From the NCBI GenBank assembly GCA_045863475.1, contig BTUR01000001.1, forward strand, positions 184,978 to 248,977: a stretch of 64,000 nt of DNA, written 5' to 3'. Each line of letters begins with the position of its first letter. Position 1 is the stretch's first letter. The position numbers and the translations under genes are program-made. Shown here piece by piece: positions 56,908 to 64,000 of this stretch. A model generated the notes under the pieces. The model was not told where the DNA came from and ran no database searches. It saw nothing but the letters and a program-made list of their open reading frames with translations. The DNA is from Candidatus Campbellbacteria bacterium (GTDB lineage Bacteria; Patescibacteriota; Minisyncoccia; Phycocordibacterales; EsbW-18).

Positions 56908-59094
56908 ATGTTTACGTGGCTTAAAAAAAACCTGAAATACATCCTACCCATCGCGTGTGTGGCACTCTTTTTACTCTTGCCTGAAAGCTTATACGCCCAA
57001 GGATTTCTTCGATACCTCCACCCAAAAACATGGATTGAAGAATTGCTCAAACTCGTTCTCCAACTCGGTGGGCTTATCCTCGGATTTGCCGGCATCGTGC
57101 TTGAGATGACCATTCAGTACACGATAGTTAAGATGAAGGATTTTGTGAACGGTATTCCTTCCATTGATTTGGCGTGGCGCACTATCCGCGATGTTGCCAA
57201 CATTCTTTTCATCTTTGTTCTTCTCCTCATCTCCATCAACATCATTCTTGGTTCGTGGGGAAGCGGACCATACAACAAATCGCTTATTCCGAAGGTCATC
57301 ATTGCCGCGCTTCTTATCAACTTCAGTTTGTTTTTTACAAAAGTTGTTATTGATGTTTCCAACATCATTACCTTCGAGTTTTATGAAACAGCGAAAAGCG
57401 TCCGTAGTAGCGGCACCATAGATCTCCCCGGAGGCGTCACAATAGACACCGGACTCACAAGCTCATTCATGCAAGGGCTTGGCGTGTCAAAGATTGCAAC
57501 CGACAAAGCGGCGGCAACATTCGCGCAGTCATCATATCCGGTCTTCAGCCTCACCATGGGTATCATCACAACGCTGGTGGCGGCGTTTGTTTTTCTTGTG
57601 ATAGCAGCATTGCTTATCGTCCGGTTCGTCTTGTTTATCTTCTTGATGATAACTTCGCCTATTGCATTCCTTGGTGAACTGCTACCACAACTTCGAACAC
57701 ATTCAAAAAAATGGTGGGAAACTCTTTCTGCTCAGGCTGCGTTTGCCCCCATATTCTTCGTCCTTATTCTCATCGTCGTGCTCATTATTAACGATGACCA
57801 ATTCGGTGCGCTTGTTACCGCGCCGCCGGGAACATTCGGACAAAACGTCAACACTGCACTTATACAGATGGTGGCAATTCTGTTTCAGTACGCAATTGTC
57901 ATCGGCATGATTGTCGCCGCACTTGTCGCCGCGAAACAAACTTCGAATAAAGCCGGCGAAGGATTTGTAAAATGGGGTTCAAAGTGGGCGGGCAAAGCGG
58001 TATTCGGAGGTACCGCAGCACTTGGACGCAACACCCTAGGTCGCCTCGGGGAAAAAATCGCCCAGTCGGGGACGCTTGGAACAGCGGTCGAGAAAGGTGG
58101 CTTCCGTGGTTCTCTTGCAAAAGGCCTTATTCTTGCAGGAGATAAGGGGAGAAGTTGGACGTATGACGCACGTGCTTTCAAGGATGTTTCAGGTGGTGAC
58201 TTCAGTGCTGGCGATGTTGGCATTAAGGGAGGGCTCGTTGGTGCACGTGAAGCACGTCAAAAACTAATCCAGGAGCGTGCTGGTAAATATGCAACAGCAG
58301 CAGGTATTGGCGGCTTGGAAGAGGAACTCCAAAAAGCGGAAGCCGCTGGTGATCAGAAGAAAGCGGCGGAGATTAAAGAACAAATCGCGAAACTAAAAGG
58401 AACCAGAACATCATCACAAGAAGCACTCGAAAAAGAGACGAAAAAGTTAACTGCCGCACAACGGGAGGAAGCGCAGACCGCAATACGTGTTATTGACGCA
58501 CAGGAAGCATATATTGAAGGCCTACAGCGTGACTTCAGACTTGAGCAGGATCCGAAGAAAAAAGCAGAGCTGGGAGCAAAGATACAAGCCACAGTCAGTG
58601 AACTGAATACCTACAAGGGAACGGTGGCTCAGTACAATGCTTACATGGATGCCCACAAGAGAGCGGAAAGTGTTGCAAAGGGCGCGTCCGGTGCTGTGAC
58701 GAGAGCGAAAGGAAAATACGCTGATACTCTTGCCTCAGGCGGTGCATTCATCTCAACCAGAAATGCTGGAGATGCTCTACGGGCTGAGATGAAGAAGGAC
58801 AGTGGTGATGCTGCAAAAGAAGTAATCAAAGCAATGAAAGCTGCTGCACAAGCACAAGTGAGACAGGCTGGTGGTGGGCAAGCAGGAGGTGGTGCTGGAG
58901 GAAGAGTACGAAGAGGAGCGGGGCAACCCCCCCAAGGACAACCCGCGGGCGGAGGAGGTGGGCCGCAAAACCCGGCTCCTCCTCAACCCCCGCGGCAAGC
59001 AGGCGGCGCAATCCTTAATCCTCAAGGACAACCCGTAAACGCACAGGGAACTACTGTTCCACCAAATAATCCTCCGAACATAATAACCCCGTAA
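56908..59094 (+). CDS. VirB6/TrbL-like polytopic membrane protein with a long Gly/Pro/Gln-rich C-terminal tail (type IV secretion-like)
   Basis: Signal sequence, then at least 6 TM helices with large loops, a Lys/Glu coiled-coil region, and a C-terminal GGGQAGGGAGG...PPQPP tail. Confidence 0.5.
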   Translation: MFTWLKKNLKYILPIACVALFLLLPESLYAQGFLRYLHPKTWIEELLKLVLQLGGLILGFAGIVLEMTIQYTIVKMKDFVNGIPSIDLAWRTIRDVANILFIFVLLLISINIILGSWGSGPYNKSLIPKVIIAALLINFSLFFTKVVIDVSNIITFEFYETAKSVRSSGTIDLPGGVTIDTGLTSSFMQGLGVSKIATDKAAATFAQSSYPVFSLTMGIITTLVAAFVFLVIAALLIVRFVLFIFLMITSPIAFLGELLPQLRTHSKKWWETLSAQAAFAPIFFVLILIVVLIINDDQFGALVTAPPGTFGQNVNTALIQMVAILFQYAIVIGMIVAALVAAKQTSNKAGEGFVKWGSKWAGKAVFGGTAALGRNTLGRLGEKIAQSGTLGTAVEKGGFRGSLAKGLILAGDKGRSWTYDARAFKDVSGGDFSAGDVGIKGGLVGAREARQKLIQERAGKYATAAGIGGLEEELQKAEAAGDQKKAAEIKEQIAKLKGTRTSSQEALEKETKKLTAAQREEAQTAIRVIDAQEAYIEGLQRDFRLEQDPKKKAELGAKIQATVSELNTYKGTVAQYNAYMDAHKRAESVAKGASGAVTRAKGKYADTLASGGAFISTRNAGDALRAEMKKDSGDAAKEVIKAMKAAAQAQVRQAGGGQAGGGAGGRVRRGAGQPPQGQPAGGGGGPQNPAPPQPPRQAGGAILNPQGQPVNAQGTTVPPNNPPNIITP

Positions 59095-59098
59095 CCCA

Positions 59099-59734
59099 AT
59101 GATGAACCCGGAAATACAACAATTGATAAACAAACAGGTTGGGGCTATGCCACCGAAGGTGCGCGAGGCGTTTTTGCACATTGATGCATCAAAATATATC
59201 GGCACCTTGGCCAAGAAACACGACCTTCGCACGGATCAGGCCGGTGTCCTCGAAAACGAGATAATGATTATTATGCTGGGCCTCGAAAACCCACGCACAT
59301 TCATGAATAACCTGACACAGAAGGGAAATATTTCTCGGGATACCGCAGCCGCTATCGTAGAAGATATCAACCGGGATGTGTTCGATAAAATTCGTCACGA
59401 CCTTGCAACTTTTCTTGAACAGAGTGAAAAACAGTATGGCCCTGGAGAGCCGGAAAAAACAGATTCGCCCGCTCCTGCTGTTATTATGCCCCAGCCGCAA
59501 ACAGCCCCTACAACACCTGTCGCACCTGTTATCACCCCCGCGGCACCGACATCTCCAACAGCACCAGCGCAGGGAAGTGGTGCGCGCACACTCAACACCG
59601 ACTTTGCAAAAGAGAGAATGGAGCGTCAGTTCCGCATGCCGACTGAAACGAAACAGGTGACCGAAAAGCCGGTTTCCGGGGAAGAGGGGAAAAAGTACCC
59701 GGGCGTTGATCCGTACCGCGAACCGACGAAGTAG
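59099..59734 (+). CDS. hypothetical protein with a Pro/Thr-rich linker
   Basis: 211 aa; the stop TAG is followed by TTGGGAACAGGGAACGGTCAT. Confidence 0.4.
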   Translation: MMNPEIQQLINKQVGAMPPKVREAFLHIDASKYIGTLAKKHDLRTDQAGVLENEIMIIMLGLENPRTFMNNLTQKGNISRDTAAAIVEDINRDVFDKIRHDLATFLEQSEKQYGPGEPEKTDSPAPAVIMPQPQTAPTTPVAPVITPAAPTSPTAPAQGSGARTLNTDFAKERMERQFRMPTETKQVTEKPVSGEEGKKYPGVDPYREPTK

Positions 59735-59759
59735 TTGGGAACAGGGAACGGTCATGAAT

Positions 59760-59878
59760 CCCGTTTAGAAGCCGCGGTCGCTACTCTCAGAAATCAACAA
59801 CCATGATAAAACGTTATTACACAAACATAATTTCGCAGGTTCAGAAGCGGACAGTGACCGCGACCTGCTTCTAACGGG
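59760..59878 (+). promoter_or_regulatory. conserved cis-regulatory element, copy B; ends exactly at an ATG
   Basis: CCCGTTTAGAAGCCGCGGTCGC...core ATGATAAAACGTTATTACACAAACATAATTTCGCAGG...GTGACCGCGACCTGCTTCTAACGGG|ATG. Its 27-nt 3' end is identical to copy A. Confidence 0.55.
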
Positions 59879-60292
59879 ATGAAATTTGAAGTACCGCAGT
59901 TTATCGACGTCGAAGACAAGGTGTTCGGACCGTTCACCTTTAAGCAGTTCGTGTACCTCGCCGGAGGAGCGGGTCTTTCAGTTGTCATCTGGCTTTTTGT
60001 GCCGCGCTTCATCGGCATTTTTCTCATTGCCGCGGTTCTGGGGCTCGCCGTTGCGCTCGCATTCTACAAGGTAAATGAGAAACCGTTCGTGAATTTCCTG
60101 GAATCCATGCTGCGCTTCTTCGTTTCAAAAAAACTCTACATCTGGAAGAAGGAGGCTCGAAAAGTCGAACACAAAACGGCGGCGGAGGCACAGGTAGAGG
60201 GCGTCGTCGTGCCGCGCCTGTCTGACAGCAAGCTTCGTGACCTGGCCTGGAGCCTTGATGTGCACGATTCACTGTACGACGAACAAAAGTAG
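59879..60292 (+). CDS. PrgI/VirB3-like small membrane protein (type IV secretion)
   Basis: MKFEVPQFIDVEDKVFGPFTFKQFVYLAGGAGLSVVIWLF has the VPxxxxxxDKxxGxxTxxQxxYL N-terminus and two TM helices typical of Gram-positive VirB3-like proteins. Confidence 0.45.
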   Translation: MKFEVPQFIDVEDKVFGPFTFKQFVYLAGGAGLSVVIWLFVPRFIGIFLIAAVLGLAVALAFYKVNEKPFVNFLESMLRFFVSKKLYIWKKEARKVEHKTAAEAQVEGVVVPRLSDSKLRDLAWSLDVHDSLYDEQK

Positions 60293-60309
60293 GGAACAGG
60301 GAACGGTCA

Positions 60310-60714
60310 TCAGGGGACAGGAGGAAAGGACTTGCGGCAATACCTAATGATGCCGTTAAGGAGTTTGAGGGTTTTTATCACCCTTTCACAAAGCAGGAAA
60401 AAAGCATCGTCTTGTAAATACCCGACGTCACGGGCCAGGAGAAGCTGGTTTTGCACCTCAACCAAAGAACCTCGTGCAACAAGGTAGAATCGGAGTTTCT
60501 CTTTATGAGACACCCTTCCGTGTGCTTCGGCCACATTAGAGGTCACTGAAACTGCCGCCCGCCGTATTTGGTTTGTTAATCCGAATATTTCATCCCCGGG
60601 AAATTCTTTTGTGCAAAGGTAAATTGCCTTTGCAAGGCCGTGTCCCTCCTTCCAAACCTGTAAATCGGTAAAATCTAGAGCCTTACTCATACCGCCACGG
60701 TACACAAACTGCAT
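60310..60714 (-). CDS. four-helix-bundle protein (the family found in 23S rRNA intervening sequences), bracketed by inverted repeats
   Basis: LDFTDLQVWKEGHGLAKAIYLCTKEFPGDEIFGLTNQIRRAAVSVTSNVAEAHGR...LRFYLVARGSLVEVQNQLLLARDVGYL. Flanked by GGGAACAGGGAACGGTCAT (60292-60310) and its imperfect inverse GTTCACCGTTCCCGGTTCCCAGTTCCC (60737-60763). Confidence 0.7.
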   Translation of the reverse strand: MQFVYRGGMSKALDFTDLQVWKEGHGLAKAIYLCTKEFPGDEIFGLTNQIRRAAVSVTSNVAEAHGRVSHKEKLRFYLVARGSLVEVQNQLLLARDVGYLQDDAFFLLCERVIKTLKLLNGIIRYCRKSFPPVP

Positions 60715-60766
60715 AAAGCCCTCCTAAACCGTTCTGTTCACCGTTCCCGGTTCCCAGTTCCCTAAT

Positions 60767-61444
60767 ATGCGTTACAATGTAACGCATATGGCGCAACAAA
60801 AAGCGCAGAGCGCGCAGGTATTCGTTCCCATCAAAGAGATCCGCAGCGGTGTCGTCATCCTCAAGGACGGTTCCATGCGATCCGTGCTCCTCTGTAGCTC
60901 GCTGAACTTCGCTCTGAAGTCCGAAGATGAGCAGTCGGCAATCATCATGCAGTTTCAGAACCTCCTCAACTCGGTGGAGTTTCCCATACAGATATTCATT
61001 CAGTCACGCGAGCTGGACATCCGTCCGTACATCGCGCTTTTAGAAAACCAGATAAAAGTGCAGGAGATTAATCTCATCAAAATGCAGACGCGCGAGTATA
61101 TCGAGTTCATCAAAGGGTTCATGGAGAACGTCAATATCATGTCCAAGAGTTTCTTCGTTGTTGTCCCGTATTCTCCGGCGGTTATCTCTGCAGCGAAGGG
61201 AGGTGTGAAGGGCGCACTTGGTGGCATCCTCTCGGGCAAAAAAGAAAACCCTGAGCAGAAAATCATCGCGTTTGAGGAACACCGCAGTCAGCTCGAACAA
61301 CGCATCGCGGTTGTATCACAGAATCTTGCACGCACCGGCATTCGCGCAGTCCAGCTGCAGACGGAGGAACTCGTTGAACTGTACTACAAACTGTTCAACC
61401 CGGGCGACTCCGAAAAACCGATTGCACTCTCCGCAGTTAAATAA
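60767..61444 (+). CDS. VirB4-like protein, N-terminal domain ORF
   Basis: QVFVPIKEIRSGVVILKDGSMRSVL matches the N-terminus of Gram-positive VirB4/TrsE/PrgJ ATPases. It ends at TAA, 3 nt before the ATG of the ATPase ORF. Confidence 0.5.
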   Translation: MRYNVTHMAQQKAQSAQVFVPIKEIRSGVVILKDGSMRSVLLCSSLNFALKSEDEQSAIIMQFQNLLNSVEFPIQIFIQSRELDIRPYIALLENQIKVQEINLIKMQTREYIEFIKGFMENVNIMSKSFFVVVPYSPAVISAAKGGVKGALGGILSGKKENPEQKIIAFEEHRSQLEQRIAVVSQNLARTGIRAVQLQTEELVELYYKLFNPGDSEKPIALSAVK

Positions 61445-61447
61445 TCT

Positions 61448-63391
61448 ATGGGAATTTTTGACTTCATCACAGGAAAAAAGAACAACGACGCACCGCAAAT
61501 CTCCCCGGTGTTGCCAAAAGACATCTACGAAGCCGGTGTGCTTGAGTTGCAAGACATCATTGCGCCGTCGGCACTCAAAGTAACACCGCGCGCACTGAAC
61601 CTTGGTGACAAAGTTGTTCGCACGTTTTTCGCCATTTCGTATCCTCGCTTCCTGCCTGACAACTGGCTCTCGCCGATTATCAACCTCGACAAAGTATTTG
61701 ATATCTCAATTTCCATCATTCCGGTAGACACAGCGCAGGTACTCAAAGAATTTCGAAAACGCGTTGCCGAAGTACAAAGTCAGATTCATATTCGTGAAGA
61801 AAAGGGGCTCGTGCGCGATCCGATGCTTGATGCCGCATACCAAAACCTTGAAAATCTCCGCGACCAGCTCCAGCAGGCAACTGAGAAGCTTTTTGACGTC
61901 GGTCTCTACATATCAATCTACGCCGATAAAGAAGAGGACTTGGATAAACTTGAGTCTGAAATCCGCTCACTCCTGGAAAGCCGCCTTATTTACCTCAAAC
62001 CCGCACTCTTCCAACAAGAGCAAGGGTTCCGCAGTGTTCTGCCGATACAGAGCGACGAGCTCGGCGTGCACAGCAAGCTCAACACCTCGCCGCTTTCCTC
62101 ATTCTTCCCGTTTGTGTCATTTGACCTCACGTCCGACAAGGGAATCCTCTACGGCATCAACCGGCACAACGCGGGGCTCATCCTCTTTGACCGTTTCTCC
62201 ATGCCGAACTACAACTCGGTGACCTTCGCTACCTCCGGTGCCGGAAAATCATACGCAACGAAGCTCGAGATTCTGCGCACACTCATGTTTGATACCGACG
62301 TTATTGTGATTGACCCGGAGCGTGAATACGAGCACATGAGTGAAGCGATGGGCGGGCGTTACTTCAACATCTCACTGACAAGCGAACACCACATCAATCC
62401 GTTTGATTTGCCGCCCGTGCGCGAAGACGAAACACCCGCAAACGTTTTGCGCTCACAAATCGTCACCTTGGTGGGACTCTTCCGCATCATGTTCGGCGGA
62501 CTCACCCCTGAAGAAGACGCCATCATTGACCGCGCCATCACCGAGACGTACGCACTCAAAGACATCACCGGCGAGCGTGATTTCTCCGGAACCGAACCGC
62601 CGCTGTTGTCTGACTTTGAACTGGTCCTCGCCGGCATGGAAGGAGGGGAGTCTCTGGTGCAACGACTCACAAAGTACACAAAGGGTACCTGGTCCGGATT
62701 CATCAACATGCCGACGAACGTCGACATCAATAAGAAGTTTATTGTCTTTTCCGTGCGCGACATGGAAGACGAACTCAAGCCGGTTGCGATGTACCTCATC
62801 ACACACTACATCTGGGGCGCGGTACGACGCACGCTGAAAAAACGCCTGCTCGTTGTTGATGAGGCATGGTGGATGATGAAAGAAGAAGACACCGCGTCAC
62901 TTCTCTTCGGATTGGCCAAGCGCGGACGCAAATACTACCTCGGCATCGCAACCATCACCCAAGACGTCGGCGACTTCTTGCGTTCTCCCTACGGACTGCC
63001 GATTATCACAAACTCATCCATCCAGATGCTCTTGAAGCAGTCGCCGTCGGCTATCGATTTGGTGCAACAGACATTCAACCTCACCGACGAGGAGAAGTAT
63101 CTGCTTCTGGAATCAGAACAAGGAGAGGGCATCTTCTTTGCGGGACTCAAGCATGTTGCCATCAAAGTCATCTCGTCATATACGGAAAACCAAATCATCA
63201 CCTCAGATCCATCAGAACTGCTTTCCATTAAAAAATCGCGTGAACAGCTCCGTTCCGCAAAAAGTGACGATGCGGAGCCTCTCCAGGAGAAAATCTATTC
63301 CAACAGAAGGGTTCCGGACGGCGATACCACAGCACCCGTTGCACCCGGAGCAGGAATCGCCGGCAACGTGGAGCTTAGGAACGTAGAATAA
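61448..63391 (+). CDS. virB4: VirB4/TrbE-like type IV secretion ATPase (C-terminal ATPase portion)
   Basis: Walker A TFATSGAGKSYATK, Walker B LLVVDEAWWMM, and the conserved RKY..G.....QD motif (KRGRKYYLGIATITQDVGDF). Confidence 0.85.
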   Translation: MGIFDFITGKKNNDAPQISPVLPKDIYEAGVLELQDIIAPSALKVTPRALNLGDKVVRTFFAISYPRFLPDNWLSPIINLDKVFDISISIIPVDTAQVLKEFRKRVAEVQSQIHIREEKGLVRDPMLDAAYQNLENLRDQLQQATEKLFDVGLYISIYADKEEDLDKLESEIRSLLESRLIYLKPALFQQEQGFRSVLPIQSDELGVHSKLNTSPLSSFFPFVSFDLTSDKGILYGINRHNAGLILFDRFSMPNYNSVTFATSGAGKSYATKLEILRTLMFDTDVIVIDPEREYEHMSEAMGGRYFNISLTSEHHINPFDLPPVREDETPANVLRSQIVTLVGLFRIMFGGLTPEEDAIIDRAITETYALKDITGERDFSGTEPPLLSDFELVLAGMEGGESLVQRLTKYTKGTWSGFINMPTNVDINKKFIVFSVRDMEDELKPVAMYLITHYIWGAVRRTLKKRLLVVDEAWWMMKEEDTASLLFGLAKRGRKYYLGIATITQDVGDFLRSPYGLPIITNSSIQMLLKQSPSAIDLVQQTFNLTDEEKYLLLESEQGEGIFFAGLKHVAIKVISSYTENQIITSDPSELLSIKKSREQLRSAKSDDAEPLQEKIYSNRRVPDGDTTAPVAPGAGIAGNVELRNVE

Positions 63392-63393
63392 CC

Positions 63394-63828
63394 ATGGACG
63401 GGCAACAAGAAGCAAAAAAGCCGCGCATCAGCAAGACGAGTGCGGTCCTGATGGTCGCAACCGCAATTATTCTCGACCTTGTGAGTATCATACCCGCTGT
63501 CGGACAGGCTCTCGCCGATGTTGGGTCATTCGTTATATTTCTCCTTTGGTTCCTCATTCTAGGAGTTCCGCTTGTCACACCAAAAAAACTCCTAACAACA
63601 GGACTTGCGTATGTGATTGAAGTTATCCCGGCCATTAGCGCACTGCCGGCAATCACTGCGGGTGTTATAATTATGATAGTGCTGACCAGGGCGGAGGACG
63701 CAACAGGACTCACACTTCTGGATTCAAAAGGTATTGTTAATCCGCTCAATGTCACCAAATCCTTGGGTAAAAATACTGTTTCAAACGCCACCCCTCGTAT
63801 GAATGACATACTCACCCCATCAGCCTAA
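63394..63828 (+). CDS. small polytopic membrane protein (possible T4SS pilin/VirB2-like or accessory protein)
   Basis: 144 aa with 3-4 TM helices; 3-nt gap after virB4. Confidence 0.4.
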   Translation: MDGQQEAKKPRISKTSAVLMVATAIILDLVSIIPAVGQALADVGSFVIFLLWFLILGVPLVTPKKLLTTGLAYVIEVIPAISALPAITAGVIIMIVLTRAEDATGLTLLDSKGIVNPLNVTKSLGKNTVSNATPRMNDILTPSA

Positions 63829-63835
63829 GACATAT

Positions 63836-64000
63836 GAAGAAAACCCTTTCCACAACACTCTTACTCTCACTTCTCGCCACACCCCTCCTTTCTCTTGCGC
63901 AGGTTAACGTTGCAACATCCGTCATTCAATCCTCAGTTGAGCTTATTTGGGAATCGCACGCATACCTGCCACCGCTGTATCCGGGCAAGGCGTTATATCC
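63836..64000 (+). CDS. secreted protein (5' fragment, truncated by the window end)
   Basis: MKKTLSTTLLLSLLATPLLSLAQ is a signal peptide. Confidence 0.3.

Noticed and set aside
60767-63391. Calling the VirB4 pair a definite pseudogene
   Set aside because: Both ORFs are long and intact, and split or two-gene VirB4 arrangements and sequencing errors are both possible. It is reported as an open question instead.
1-64000. Alternative genetic code (UGA or other stop reassignment, as in some small-genome lineages)
   Set aside because: Long housekeeping ORFs (tuf, pnp, rny, pcrA, nusA) are intact and full-length under the standard code, and no tRNA with a stop-reading anticodon was seen in the window.
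1-64000. rRNA genes
   Set aside because: No stretch matches conserved 16S, 23S or 5S sequence blocks in the window.

Overview
This 64 kb window looks like the chromosome of a small-genome bacterium (possibly CPR/Patescibacteria-like or Gram-positive-like; the taxon cannot be fixed from sequence alone). It carries conserved housekeeping genes in scrambled order, interrupted by lineage-specific insertions. All assignments below come from reading the six-frame translations and the DNA; no searches were run.

Housekeeping genes I recognise:
- An S10-type ribosomal cluster with non-canonical order: tuf, rpsJ, rplC, rplD, rplW, rplB, rpsS, rplV.
- rplJ-rplL, nusA, ppa, a short tig followed by clpP, rny, hup, cca, xth, a Xer-type recombinase, rpsO, pnp, comM/yifB, pcrA/uvrD and rsmA.

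Accessory and unusual content:
- The ribosomal operons are interrupted by small ORFan genes of higher GC than the surrounding genes, including a 2.2 kb island between rplC and rpsJ that encodes two zinc-ribbon proteins.
- Three tandem divergent paralogs (about 205 aa each, all beginning MTYGE-, two TM helices) sit upstream of tuf.
- rplJ-rplL is flanked by giant secreted repeat proteins instead of rplKA/rpoBC.
- A tRNA-rich accessory patch at 29.3-33.6 kb holds tRNA-Gly(UCC), two tRNA-Pro genes sandwiching an HNH endonuclease, tRNA-Gly(GCC) and tRNA-Arg(UCG). It contains duplicated tRNA 3'-end fragments and a YraN-like gene studded with GTTTCACGTGAAAC palindromes.
- The 3' third of the window is a type-IV-secretion-like cluster: a VirB6-like polytopic protein, a VirB3/PrgI-like protein, VirB4 split into two ORFs, and secreted/PG-binding proteins.

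Three sequence-level observations stand out:
1. A roughly 120-nt conserved element with 20-bp terminal inverted repeats and an internal ATTAC-N6-GTAAT palindrome ends exactly at the ATG of two different membrane-protein genes (43447 and 59879).
2. A tRNA-like RNA gene (36865-37021) has a near-consensus sigma70 promoter, an encoded CCA, an initiator-like C1·A72 mismatch and a roughly 100-nt insertion, and is followed by a terminator.
3. Two short repeat families are dispersed through the window: a MITE-like element with CCCCGCCCTCT terminal inverted repeats (4 copies) and a GGGAACAGGGAAC motif that recurs immediately after TAG stop codons (at least 7 sites). One inverted pair of the latter brackets a four-helix-bundle gene inserted between the virB3-like and virB4 genes.
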